From contig AP024666.1 in NCBI GenBank assembly GCA_024346625.1, forward strand, positions 124,001 to 188,000: a stretch of 64,000 bases of DNA. Direction: 5' to 3'. Positions 21,927 to 32,756 of this stretch are shown here, one piece after another. A program made the position numbers and the translations under genes. The stretch comes from Williopsis jadinii. Lineage: Eukaryota. The notes beneath the pieces were generated by a model that saw only the letters and a program-made list of their open reading frames with translations, did not search any database and had not been told where the DNA came from. The stretch's first letter is position 1. Every line of letters starts with the position of its first letter.

Positions 21927-22555
21927 TGGAGAGAGCGTAGCCTTTGCAGAGAGTCTTCTAAACTCGACCAGGGACTCGAGGAAGCCGTTCAATTGGCCTC
22001 ATATATATATATGTCTTGCATAGTATCACTTGACAAGGGTTACTTGAGCTACTCCATAACAGAACGATAAAGAAAACAAACACGTTCCTCAGTCAAGCTC
22101 ATCCTCAATCAATTGGCATCCCAACATGGAATGGTCGATCGCTGAATGGTGCTATCATACAGTATTTTCCTAAACTGTCATCAACGCTGCGGAAGACCCA
22201 TGCACAATGCCAGCGGACATGCTTACCCTTGTTTTGCAGATAAGCCAATGGCCTCCGAGGAACGTGTCTTAGGGATAGCATTGCTTGTTTATATGGAGCC
22301 AGAGTGTCCAAGTAGCCCTTTAAAACTGGCCAAGCAGGTCCGTGCGTTGAGATCTACAATTGTTTCTCTTTCAAGCGAGTTCCAGGTGCGTTGATCACCA
22401 AACATCAACAGGTGGGTGCGCAAGCCACGTGGATGGCACATTGTACGTTGAAATGCTGTTCATATACTAGTGTTATACCATCAATTCACATAGGACAATA
22501 TATAGAACAAAGATATAGAGGCTTCAGTAATCATGAGAAAGCAATTGGGAGGAGA

Positions 22556-24487
22556 TCAGAACATGAGCCCAATCATTGGCGCAACTGCAACTGCAATGAA
22601 TCCAGCACTGTAAGAAGGACCGAACGATACTGCAGCGTTATGGGAGGACGAGGTGCTCTGTGAGGACGCACTTGCGGTTGAAGTCGATCCATCGGCACCA
22701 GCAGCCGATATCGAGCTGACTTCATGGTTCGAAGATGAGGTGTAGTTGAGCGATCTGGCCAAGACCGTCTCATCACCAGTGTACTGCTCACCGTTCCAAC
22801 AGTACTCCTGGAAACATTCAGCACACTCATCTGACTGTGTGATGTTGTTACGCTCCTGCTCACGGTGAATGATGGCACATGCGACACACTTGTGCCAGTT
22901 CTCATCGATTGTCAAGTTGTATCTCGTTGCAGCTTCAAAGCCGTTTTGAATGATGGCATCCCTCTCATCGTTGTCGTAAGACATCTTGAAAGTGGAAGTG
23001 TTTGACCAGGTGGTGTAAGCAATGTTTGGAATATACACAACAAGTGGAGGGATAGTACCGAGGTCAGTTAAATTCGATGCATTACAACCGAGGAACAGGG
23101 GCTTCTCTGTCAGGTTGTAGGCGATGATGGTGTCCATAGAAGGCACGTATGGGAAAGACGTACCATTACCTTGGGAACCAAACTGACGGTCGTAAGTGGC
23201 AGACAGTGAAGTACCATTAGGGAAGTTGTCGTCAGTGTCAGCAGAGTTGTCAAAGGCAAAGATGACATCCACATCACGTTCTGGCTGTAACAATGGGGCG
23301 AAGGGGATGTTTTGATAATCCTCACCTCCATCAACCAGGTATAGGTATTCACTCTCAACGATTGTCTGCAATGCCGCATAGCTTGTGTCGAGGAAAGGAT
23401 TTGGATGGTAGATCGCAACGTCGTCCGAGTCCTCATCCAGGTTTGTTAGGAAGCTGTAGATCAAGTCGTAGACGATACCAGACAAGCTTGTGGTGTTCAA
23501 CTGCAACAGGAATTGGTTGAACAGCGACGAAGAGGTACCAAGGACAAAGCCACCGTTGTCATAACCTTGAACACAGATATCTGACGTAGGCTCACCATTC
23601 GAAACGTCAGAGCCCATATACTTCAGCTCAGTGAAGGAGTACAGAGAAGGGTCCCAGGATCCGAGCTCAAACGGGTTGAATTCGAACACCGTGGAGTTCA
23701 GGTTGATGATCTTGGTATGTGGTGCTCTTCCCACAGCGACTGAGAATGGGAATGGCATCTCAGCATTGATGAAGGGCTCGAACTGAGCGATGCCTGAGAA
23801 CGTCAATGACACACCACCGTCATCTTCTTCGCCAAAGAACTGGTACGAAAGAGCTCTGCCCCAGATGTCGGTAAGCGAGGTGTTGAACCCAGCATCCTGT
23901 TTGTCCTGGATGGCATCACTGATGTCGTCCCAACGCGAAGCTGTCGAGAAGATGTTGATGCCACCGGAGTTGATGATCGAGTGCTCCAGGTCCCAGATGG
24001 TATCGCCAGAGATGATCTCCTCAACACTGGTCCAGTTGTTCAAGGCCAGCGTTCCCGTGAGCCAGTTACCACCGGACAGACCCGCAAGGTAGGTCGACGC
24101 CTGTAGCAGCCCACCTAGTCCGTGTGAATCCGCACCTGCTGTTCTGTTATCCAGCGCACTGATCTGACCAGCACCGTTGAGCATGGCCCTGTAGCCACCT
24201 CCTGAGAACGCCAACCCGACGTTGATGGATCTGTTCAGCGACTCCAGGAAGTCTTGAGCATCAAAGTCCTCGAGATCCGCACGGTCCAGGAACTCGGCCA
24301 AGTACACGTCCGTGATGGCATGACGCTTCTTCAACCACTCAGTCTCAGACTCTGAGATGCCGGAAGCCGGTCTCACAAAGCTGGCGTCCTCGGGACAGGA
24401 GACGTTGGCTGGGGCATAGCTACCACTGGGGTTGAAGGCAGCAACGCAATCAGCTATAACCAGCAAAGCATACAATGGCAGCAGCAT
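22556..24487 (-). CDS. PLB1: Phospholipase B copy D, most canonical (Plb1/Plb3-like), GPI-anchored
   Basis: SYAPANVSCP, SGGGYRAM, GLSGG and LVDGGEDYQNIP motifs, Ser/Thr stalk, HNAA omega region and hydrophobic tail. Exact orthology among PLB genes is uncertain. Confidence 0.93.
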   Translation of the reverse strand: MLLPLYALLVIADCVAAFNPSGSYAPANVSCPEDASFVRPASGISESETEWLKKRHAITDVYLAEFLDRADLEDFDAQDFLESLNRSINVGLAFSGGGYRAMLNGAGQISALDNRTAGADSHGLGGLLQASTYLAGLSGGNWLTGTLALNNWTSVEEIISGDTIWDLEHSIINSGGINIFSTASRWDDISDAIQDKQDAGFNTSLTDIWGRALSYQFFGEEDDGGVSLTFSGIAQFEPFINAEMPFPFSVAVGRAPHTKIINLNSTVFEFNPFELGSWDPSLYSFTELKYMGSDVSNGEPTSDICVQGYDNGGFVLGTSSSLFNQFLLQLNTTSLSGIVYDLIYSFLTNLDEDSDDVAIYHPNPFLDTSYAALQTIVESEYLYLVDGGEDYQNIPFAPLLQPERDVDVIFAFDNSADTDDNFPNGTSLSATYDRQFGSQGNGTSFPYVPSMDTIIAYNLTEKPLFLGCNASNLTDLGTIPPLVVYIPNIAYTTWSNTSTFKMSYDNDERDAIIQNGFEAATRYNLTIDENWHKCVACAIIHREQERNNITQSDECAECFQEYCWNGEQYTGDETVLARSLNYTSSSNHEVSSISAAGADGSTSTASASSQSTSSSHNAAVSFGPSYSAGFIAVAVAPMIGLMF

Positions 24488-25029
24488 CGTGATTCCTCTT
24501 CTCTGCTCTTCTCTGCTCTTAGTACTGGGCCAATTGTTCTGAAGCCACTGATAAAAGAGACCGCAGAGCTATAAACAATGGGAAGAGAACCACTCGGCGG
24601 AGCTGGAAGCATGCGAAGGAAGGGAAATGACTGCTAATTAATACTCAGCTTGGAGCCTATACGGTTGCTATAGCCGTACGGGAGTTTCCGAGGTGTGTTG
24701 TGTGTTGTGTGTTGCCGTGGTAACCGCAACACACTAATGGTGCTTACGTAATAATCTCGCATGCCAGCACGCCCACCGTGTATGGGTGCGATGCTGGTGT
24801 GAAACACCGTGTCAGTGTGGTGGAGTCGGTGTGATGGGTGTAGGCTGGTGCTGTTGTGTGTGTTGTATTACTGTGGGTGGGGGTGGTTACACTATTGTTG
24901 TGGAAACGGTTGATGGTCCTCGACCCGGGTATTAACAGGTGGTGCATGGAGATACTGAGGATGGAGCATGGCAGATGGAACGGGCTAAGCCCCATGCTGT
25001 CGATGTGGTGAGTGCTCCACGGCCCTCTT

Positions 25030-26776
25030 TTAACTGTTGACAACGTTGAAGGGCCCCATGGTTCGCAGCAAGGTCTCAACGGACTTCCTGTCGAGGCTCA
25101 TCTCCGTGCAAATGGCGTCGAAGCTCTTGGAGCTCTCCAGCAGCCGGGACAACTCTGAGATCTGCAACCTCTGCTCGTCGGTCACGTTGGCACTGTTTCG
25201 CCGTCTCATCAGGGTGCGAAGCGTTGGCTCCCGTGTGGGTGTTAGCCTATCAGCAAGCGTCCCGAACATGGACGCCTGGTTGGAGTCCTTCAGCAGTAGC
25301 GAGTCAACCAACGGATACGACTCCACCCTGTAGATCAGCCCTCTCAGCACGCCAAACGTCAGCAGTCTCCGTACATCGATGTATTCCAGCTCGTCTCTGT
25401 GCTCCTTGAACCAGTTTCGCACGGTTTGTCCCTGGTGCAGAGACCTGTAGAGATAGAACAGTTTGGCCTTTGATGGTAGCACAACTGTCCGCTTCCCACT
25501 CCTTAGCGATGCCGTGCTGCTGTTCCTGTTACGGCTCGTGCCACTGATGTTGTCAGTGGATGTCTTTGCACTGGAATTGTTACCCAGAGGGTTGTTGCAA
25601 GTGTCGAAGGGAATGTCGTCGAACTGTGATGCAGAAACAACGTAGGCCTGGCAATCAGTCGCCATGTTGGGATCTTTCAAGAAGAGGTCAATGTCAGCTG
25701 TTGGGGCGTATATATTGGAGAATTGAAAGATGTCTGTTATCGTAATGCACTTGTAATACATCAGATGCTGGATACAGCTTTTGACAACCCAATAGTCTGC
25801 ATCTGCCAGGAGACTTATCCTCTTTATCGAGTTGATCCCATCTATATAGGGCAGTATCTTCAACATTGTGGGATCCCAGTTCACATCAACCATGGTGTTC
25901 AATTGGACCGTCGATATTGGAACGTCCTCAGGGTTCACCCTCGGTGGCGGTGGTAACAAGGGCAAGAGCTTAATATCCACAGAGTTCCCAGAGTCCACAG
26001 GAATGAGGCACTCCGAGTAGTTGTTCAGGTCCTGGTAGATCTGCTGAATCAGGGACTCAATCGATTCCAAAGTCATCACGTTCCCGTTCTTGGTGGAAAC
26101 TCCAATGGGCGTGGAGGAGTTGATGTTGTTATCCAGATCAATGGCCAACTGAGAAAACGAGGCAATGGAAGGCGTAAAGTTCGAGTCAATGGACGACGCC
26201 CTCGCAGCAAGGTGGTCGTCCAGCGAGGCACTGTCAGCGATGTTATCTGGCAGAACAGCGTTGGCCGTGGACGACGACTGGAAGTTCTTGAAGAACACCA
26301 TATCCTCCTTCTTGGACAGAATGTGGTACTGCTCCTCCAGATTCTTGAACATCCTTCCCAGCCTCCGTATAGCAGACTCAAAGGGGATCGTATTGGCCCC
26401 GTAGTTGAAGACAAAGCAGAAGTTGAAGCTGAACGAGTTCCTGGCGTAGTGCGGTGCTGTGATCTGGACAGGGTATCCGACAAGCGAGTACTGGTCCACT
26501 TTCAACGTGATCAGCCTGTTACACAGAGGTCCCTTTGGAATGATGTAGTTCTTCACAACATCAAAGTCGAACAACGGCTCCTGTGAGGCCTCGAACTCGG
26601 ACCCCCATGGCGGAGCCACGATTGAGCCCAGTGGCACCTGGTGGGACACCTTGGTGCCCTCTGTAGGGTGGAAAACAGTGTAGAAAATCGCCTCAATCGG
26701 CGCAAACCCTTCACCACAGTTAGCACACAGTCTGTTAAGCACGTAATATGAGCATCTTACCGTCAAAATCAGCCAT
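25030..26776 (-). CDS. NPR2: SEACIT/GATOR1 subunit Npr2; 2 exons (26776-26761, 26708-25030)
   Basis: A 52-nt intron (GTAAGA..TGCTAAC..AAG) gives MADFDGFAPIEAIFYTVFHPTEG. Also NYIIPK, YARNSFSFNF and DIFQFSNIY. Confidence 0.93.
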
Positions 26777-26894
26777 TGGCAGCAGCTTTCTCCCTTTCCT
26801 CTGCCTAGCGATGTTGACGGGACGCTGGGAAGGGCGCCCCCGAGACGTAGGCTGCCCGCGATTTTGATCACCACTCTCCGCCAGCCTAACTTCC

Positions 26895-26933
26895 CACCAC
26901 GGGCAGACACCACGGGCAGACACCACGGGCACA
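26895..26933. repeat. 13-bp triple tandem repeat (CACCACGGGCAGA) in the NPR2/ALG7 divergent promoter
   Basis: Read directly; the third copy has one mismatch. Confidence 0.85.
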
Positions 26934-26966
26934 CACACTGGGAAAGCAGCGTAGGCCGGGCCAGAG

Positions 26967-28313
26967 ATGCTTCAATTGCTCGTTATATCCATAGCCATCG
27001 CGGCCATTGCGCTGTCAAGCGGTGCCTTCAACGCGCTGTGGACAGCTTCTGGGTTTGCGCTGATAGGCTACGTCGTCACTGACTCGTTGATCCCCAAGCT
27101 GGCACCGTTCTTCACGGCCAAGGGGCTGTTCGGCAAGGACATGTCGAAGGTTGGCAAGCCGGTGATACCGGAGACCATAGGCGCAATCACTGCGACGTCG
27201 TACCTGTTCCTGATGTTCTTCTTCATCCCGTTTGCCTTCTACAAGTACCTTGTTGTCGCTACAGTGGGCGGCGGTGAGCGTGGCGCCGGCGAGGTGCCGT
27301 CGTTAGGCAGCGACGACCAGCTGGCGCTGTTCCCTCACGACAAGCTGGCAGGGTTCCTGAGTGCGATGCTCTGTCTGGAGAGCATCCTGCTGCTTGGGCT
27401 TGCTGATGACTTCTTCGATCTCAGGTGGCGACACAAGTTCTTCCTTCCCGCCATCGCTGCGATCCCACTGTTGGTTGTTTACTACGTGGATTTTGGCGTA
27501 ACACACGTGTTGATACCGTCATGGTTGCAGCACCATTTCAAGGACCAGACGACGATTGAGCTTGGATGGCTGTACTACGTATACATGGGCTCCGTGGCTA
27601 TCTTCTGTCCTAATTCCATCAACATCCTTGCCGGAGTCAACGGGCTGGAGACCGGCCAGGCAGTCGTCATCACAGTGTTGCTGCTGTTGAACGATCTCTG
27701 CTACTTCGTCTTTGGCTCTCAGCAGACGTGGGAGTCCCATATCTTCTCAGCTTCGTTGCTGATCCCATTCTTGGGCGTGTCGTTGACGCTGTTCAAGTAC
27801 AACTGGTACCCTGCACGTGTCTTTGTCGGTGATACCTATTGCTACTTTGCTGGAATGGTGTTTGCCGTTGTTGGTATCCAGGGACACTTCTCAAAGACTC
27901 TGCTACTGTTCTTCATCCCCCAGATCTTCAACTTCATCTACTCGGTGCCACAGCTGTTCAACCTGGTTCCATGTCCAAGGCATAGACTTCCAAGGTTCAA
28001 CGAAAAGGATGGACTGATGTATCCATCGCATGCTGTGTTTGAAAAGCAGCTGAATCCCATGGTGGAGAAGGCCATGCTTGTGCTATCCAAGCTGAAGCTG
28101 CTGGAGATTGTCCAGAGAGAAGGACGCATCGTCGAGTCCTCGAATTTTACACTAATTAACCTGACACTGGTCTGGTTTGGACCTCTGAGAGAGGACTCAC
28201 TATGTGCAGTGCTACTTCTTCTACAGTTCACGATTGGGCTGGTTGCGCTGTTGGCAAGACACACCATTGGTCCTTGGTTATACGGATACGACAACTTGTT
28301 CTTTTCAGCGTGA
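26967..28313 (+). CDS. ALG7: UDP-GlcNAc:dolichyl-phosphate GlcNAc-1-phosphotransferase
   Basis: LGLADD.FDLRWRHK, FCPNSINILAGVNGLE, FVGDTYCY and PCPRHRLP motifs. Confidence 0.97.
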   Translation: MLQLLVISIAIAAIALSSGAFNALWTASGFALIGYVVTDSLIPKLAPFFTAKGLFGKDMSKVGKPVIPETIGAITATSYLFLMFFFIPFAFYKYLVVATVGGGERGAGEVPSLGSDDQLALFPHDKLAGFLSAMLCLESILLLGLADDFFDLRWRHKFFLPAIAAIPLLVVYYVDFGVTHVLIPSWLQHHFKDQTTIELGWLYYVYMGSVAIFCPNSINILAGVNGLETGQAVVITVLLLLNDLCYFVFGSQQTWESHIFSASLLIPFLGVSLTLFKYNWYPARVFVGDTYCYFAGMVFAVVGIQGHFSKTLLLFFIPQIFNFIYSVPQLFNLVPCPRHRLPRFNEKDGLMYPSHAVFEKQLNPMVEKAMLVLSKLKLLEIVQREGRIVESSNFTLINLTLVWFGPLREDSLCAVLLLLQFTIGLVALLARHTIGPWLYGYDNLFFSA

Positions 28314-28366
28314 GGTATTATGGTGGGTATTTACCGAGGAAATCATCTTCTCTATCTTTATAGACA

Positions 28367-29059
28367 TCACTGGTACTGTTCCCAGAACTGGACTCTCTTC
28401 TGCCACAGCGCCTCTGTCCATTGCTTCACCTCGTCGGTCTTTATACTCGATCTTGCGCCCCAGAATTGATCCAGGTTCTTTGTACCTTTGAATTCCCGCT
28501 CGTATTCGAAGCTTTGTAGCAGCATTTCAAACTTGTCGATGTCCTTGACGTATCTTGCCTCCAAGGTTCTGATCTCCTCGTAGTCCAGCCAGAACTGTAG
28601 GATCTCATCCCCAGTGGACGGGTCATAATTGCCAATGAGCTGGCTGAGGTATTCGATCGTTGACAGTTCCCTTCTGTGCTTCTCGTTCTTGTCAACAACG
28701 TCAAATGGCGTGATATCGCCAACCAAGGACTCGGCAATGTCGTGGATCAGGGCAATTTTGACACATTTATTCGTATCAACCTTGGGATCAGTGATGAGCA
28801 TCGAACTGATACCCATTCTGTACATATGGTCCGAGATGGACTCACACTTCTCGATCCCGTGGTCGACCCACCCGGTACGTCTCTGCTTCTTTAGCAGCGA
28901 CACGATCTGTAGGAATATCAGCACATAGTTGTACCTGTTTGACTGGCCCTGCGACGAGGACGAACCGGCCTCGGCAATGAGTTCCTTGATCTCGGATGGG
29001 ATTGCCGACTCCACGGTCCACTGATCAGACCCGTTGGTATTAGCAGAGCAGGTGGTCAT
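28367..29059 (-). CDS. HD-domain 5'-deoxynucleotidase (YBR242W/YGL101W/HDDC2 family)
   Basis: RTGW, ESISDHMYRM, HDIAESLVGDITP and KDIDKFEM motifs. Convergent with ALG7, as in S. cerevisiae. Confidence 0.92.
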   Translation of the reverse strand: MTTCSANTNGSDQWTVESAIPSEIKELIAEAGSSSSQGQSNRYNYVLIFLQIVSLLKKQRRTGWVDHGIEKCESISDHMYRMGISSMLITDPKVDTNKCVKIALIHDIAESLVGDITPFDVVDKNEKHRRELSTIEYLSQLIGNYDPSTGDEILQFWLDYEEIRTLEARYVKDIDKFEMLLQSFEYEREFKGTKNLDQFWGARSSIKTDEVKQWTEALWQKRVQFWEQYQ

Positions 29060-29202
29060 GTTCGTATGCGGTGAACTAAGCACTCTTCAGAGTTTCTTAT
29101 CGGCAGGATACGAGCTAAGCAGAGCTGAGAAGATCAACAAAAGATCAAAGCTTTGTGCTGCCGGAGGACGACTGTGTGAGAATCGACGATGATGTTGAGG
29201 TT

Positions 29203-29218
29203 TTACCCGATTGGGAAA
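29203..29218. promoter_or_regulatory. Mcm1/ECB-like site TTACCCGATTGGGAAA
   Basis: Matches the TTWCCCNWWWRGGAAA consensus closely. Confidence 0.55.
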
Positions 29219-29265
29219 AAAAGAAACAACGAAAAGAAGAAGAAAAAAAAACAGAGGTTTGGAAG

Positions 29266-29351
29266 GATTACGTAAGCACAGATTACATAATCGTCGATTA
29301 CATAAGCACAGATTACGTAATCGTCGATTACATAAGCACAGATTACGTAAG
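29266..29351. repeat. Six 15-bp units, each carrying TTACRTAA (bZIP site array)
   Basis: GATTACRTAA followed by alternating GCACA/TCGTC spacers, giving a 30-bp higher-order period. Confidence 0.92.
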
Positions 29352-30257
29352 AAAGTTTTAGTCTCCCTGTTTTCGCTATTGTGTCGTGCGTCGAACAAAA
29401 CGTCATTTCCGGCCGAGCAGGTCGCAGTTGTTGGGTTTTTTTTTGCTTTTTTGGGAAAATTCCACTGGCGTGCGCCGACCACTCCTCGTATCACTCTGCA
29501 GAGACACACCGTGCTCAACTCGTTTGACACAGGTTTCAGCCAATGGGCAACCCGGACACCTTCGATTCTATGTGTCAATTGCCGTTGGAGCCCTTACATC
29601 TTCACACTCCCGGGGGTGAAGATAGCTGATCATCGCACACCGTGTCCCTCATCCCATTAGACTCCTCCCTCTCTCACAGCTGATTCACACTCCGTTGTAG
29701 TTGCTCCCTCTTCAAGATGGATCCCAGCTCTCACATCCGGACATTGGATGATTGCGTTTTTGACACATTCTCCCTCCGTTGGGTGTCATCAACAATGCCA
29801 ACCAACCTCTCATGACACTCCGGTGTATCGTTAATCGTACATAGGCCATGGTGCACACCACAGCACTGATCGCAATGACACCACAATCCGGTACTGGAAG
29901 GCCATCAGCCAACAAAAGCATAACCTTAACACCTCTCCTTTCGACTCTCGTTGTGCTCGATCACGTCTCAGCCCACACAACCCGCAGGCCAGTGGGGACT
30001 CGCCAGACCGCTCTGTGCGTGGGCGTAACAATTGCCGCTGCCTAAAAAAATGTTGGGCCCCCAAAAAGAAATCCCATTGGGTCCCGCTGCAGTTTTTTTC
30101 TTTTTCGCACTGGCCCGTGAGTCGATGCTACATGTGAGTGAGACGGATGGTGTGTGAGTATGGGAATGCGTGAACTTTTTATAAATTTTGAGCCCTTCCT
30201 TCTTTTCTTTCCACTCTTTGTTCTTCCGTTGTCATTCTACAGGTTGACTATCACACA

Positions 30258-31682
30258 ATGACAGACCTTGAAGCCGTTGATATCCTCCAGGCCAACATCA
30301 TCGCCGCAGGCACGAACAAGAAGACGAGACGTATTGTCAACGGGCTGGGATCGCTCATGGGTTCCAAGGAAATCACGGGCACGCATTTCGATGAGGCCAG
30401 TGGGGTTGCGGATATCCTGGAGAAGGACCGTCTGGAGAGTGAGAAGTGGACAAAGAAGAAGCACATCTCTGAACAGCCTTGGACTCTACAGAACTGGCAC
30501 CAGCACATCAACTGGCTGAACGTTGTGCTTGTTGTTGCGATCCCGATGATTGGTGCATGGATGGCGAGATCAACGCCTCTCAAATGGCAGACCGCCGCGA
30601 TGTCGGTGTTCTTGTACGCTTGTGCTGGTTGGTCAATCACAGGTGGTTACCATAGACTGTGGTCGCACAAGGCGTATGACGCTCACTGGCCGTTGAGGGT
30701 GTTCTTTGCCCTCTTTGGTGCTGCCGCTGTGGAGGGCTCCATCAAATGGTGGGGCCATTCACACAGAATCCATCACAGATACACCGATACCAACAGAGAC
30801 CCATACGACGCCAGAAAGGGCTTCTGGTACTCGCACATGGGGTGGATGCTTACGAAGCCAAACCCAAAGTACAAAGCTCGTGCGGACATCTCTGATTTGA
30901 TTGACGACTGGATTGTGAGATTCCAACACAGACACTACCTTGCCATCATGTTCTTTATGTCGTACATTTTCCCAACTTTGGTGTGTGGCTACCTCTTCAA
31001 CGATTACAAAGGTGGCTTTGTCTATGCCGGTATCCTAAGAGCATGCTTCATCCAACAGGCCACCTTCTGCGTTAACTCACTTGCCCACTGGATCGGAGTC
31101 CAACCTTTTGACGATAGAAGAACTCCAAGGGACCACGTTTTGACCGCGCTGGTCACTATGGGTGAAGGTTACCACAACTTCCACCACGAGTTCCCATCCG
31201 ACTACAGAAACGCCATCAAGTGGTACCAGTACGACCCAACCAAGGTGCTCATTTACCTCTGCTCGTGCGTCGGGCTGGCGTACAACCTGAAGACCTTCTC
31301 ACAGAATGCCATCGAGCAAGGATTGGTCCAGCAACAGCAAAAGAAGCTAGATAGAATGAGAGCAAAGTTGAACTGGGGTGCTCCGTTGTCCGCGTTGCCT
31401 ATTTGGGATAAGTCCGAGTTCATTGAGAAGTGTAAGACCGAGACAGGTTTGGTTACCATCAACGGTATCGTCCACGACGTTTCAGGCTACATCTCTGAAC
31501 ATCCAGGTGGTGAGCCTCTGTTGCTGGCCTCCGTGGGTAAGGATGCCACCAAGGCATTCAACGGTGGTGTCTATCTCCATTCCAACGCTGCCCACAACCT
31601 GTTGGCCACTATGAGAGTCGCCGTGATAAGGGACTCATTTGCGCAGAAGAGAGCCGAAAATGAGTTGAAGAAGCAAAACTAG
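30258..31682 (+). CDS. OLE1: Delta-9 acyl-CoA desaturase with fused cytochrome b5
   Basis: His boxes HRLWSH, HRIHH and HNFHH, plus a C-terminal HPGG b5 domain. Confidence 0.98.
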   Translation: MTDLEAVDILQANIIAAGTNKKTRRIVNGLGSLMGSKEITGTHFDEASGVADILEKDRLESEKWTKKKHISEQPWTLQNWHQHINWLNVVLVVAIPMIGAWMARSTPLKWQTAAMSVFLYACAGWSITGGYHRLWSHKAYDAHWPLRVFFALFGAAAVEGSIKWWGHSHRIHHRYTDTNRDPYDARKGFWYSHMGWMLTKPNPKYKARADISDLIDDWIVRFQHRHYLAIMFFMSYIFPTLVCGYLFNDYKGGFVYAGILRACFIQQATFCVNSLAHWIGVQPFDDRRTPRDHVLTALVTMGEGYHNFHHEFPSDYRNAIKWYQYDPTKVLIYLCSCVGLAYNLKTFSQNAIEQGLVQQQQKKLDRMRAKLNWGAPLSALPIWDKSEFIEKCKTETGLVTINGIVHDVSGYISEHPGGEPLLLASVGKDATKAFNGGVYLHSNAAHNLLATMRVAVIRDSFAQKRAENELKKQN

Positions 31683-31973
31683 GCAAAACAACAAGTAATA
31701 ACAAATCCAGAAAATTAGTTTATACACTTGGAATTTTATGAAATGGGTATACGATCATTGTGAAGAGTGTTGTAGTTTTCTCATTATGGAAAAGCGTTGC
31801 TTGCACGGTGTTGACGAATTTTTTTTTTCTATCTCAGTTGAACGGGAACGGGGAATTTTTTTTCCAGCTTTCTTTTCTTTCGCAATGAGCTTTTGAAGAG
31901 AGTTTCCTCCCAGCTCTCATTCGTTTCCTCGTTGAAGACTGCTAACGTCAGCATATCATACTATACCGCTGCG

Positions 31974-32495
31974 ATGTTCAGATCTGTTGTGAGCTCTCTC
32001 AGACCTTCTGTGAGCACTGTGTTACGCAAAGAGTTATACACACGAGGTGGGGTCGTTGGATGGCCAATGTCCAATCAGACGCTGCTGATTAGAAAGATCC
32101 ATGGTTCGTCACCAAGATACCACGGACACATCCATAAGCCGAAGCCAGGGGAGGAATTACACATCACTTTCATAACGAAGGAGGGAGAGCAGCTGAGCTA
32201 TGAGGTGTGCGAAGGTGACACGATCTTGGACATTGCGCAGCACTACAACTTGGATATGGAGGGAGCCTGCGGCGGTTCGTGTGCCTGCTCTACATGCCAC
32301 GTTATAGTTGATCCGGAGTTTTACGACGAGATACCTGAGCCTGACGATGATGAGAACGATATGCTTGATTTGGCGTTTGGACTCACTGAGACCTCGAGAT
32401 TGGGGTGCTGCATCAAGATGACGAAGGAGATCGATGGGATTAGAATTGCATTGCCAGCAATGACCCGTAATGTGAGCTCATCGGACTTCTCCTGA
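31974..32495 (+). CDS. YAH1: Mitochondrial [2Fe-2S] ferredoxin
   Basis: Presequence, EGACGGSCACSTCH and DMLDLAFGLTETSRLGC motifs. Confidence 0.97.
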   Translation: MFRSVVSSLRPSVSTVLRKELYTRGGVVGWPMSNQTLLIRKIHGSSPRYHGHIHKPKPGEELHITFITKEGEQLSYEVCEGDTILDIAQHYNLDMEGACGGSCACSTCHVIVDPEFYDEIPEPDDDENDMLDLAFGLTETSRLGCCIKMTKEIDGIRIALPAMTRNVSSSDFS

Positions 32496-32739
32496 GCTTT
32501 AGAAGGAGACCTACACAGGTTTATTCGTTTTGTCTTTTCTACTCCATTGATTTTTCCCATTCTACTCCATTGATTCATTCCATTCTACACCATCGACGCT
32601 TGCCACACGACTGATTTGCCCTGCTGTCTCACGGAAAAGTATTACGCAGAGTTCATTGATTGGTTGTATACATTGAATCTGTTTTTCCTTCTCTGTTCCG
32701 GAAAGATTTCATTGGACGCTGTCTGTACATACGGTGTTT

Positions 32740-32756
32740 TGAGTCATGATGACTCA
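32740..32756. promoter_or_regulatory. Inverted pair of Gcn4/AP-1 sites TGAGTCA-TGA-TGACTCA
   Basis: Two perfect TGASTCA heptamers, 3 bp apart. Confidence 0.5.

Noticed and set aside
26777..26934. N-terminal extension of the 634-aa NPR2 ORF
   Set aside because: It starts at a non-ATG codon and reads through the promoter and intron. The spliced MADFDG start gives the conserved N-terminus.
29266..29351. CRISPR-like or coding interpretation of the 15-bp array
   Set aside because: The context is eukaryotic, there are no unique spacers or cas genes, and the ORFs across it are low-complexity.
31938..31952. TGCTAAC..CAG before the YAH1 ATG as a 5' UTR intron end
   Set aside because: No matching donor site was found upstream.
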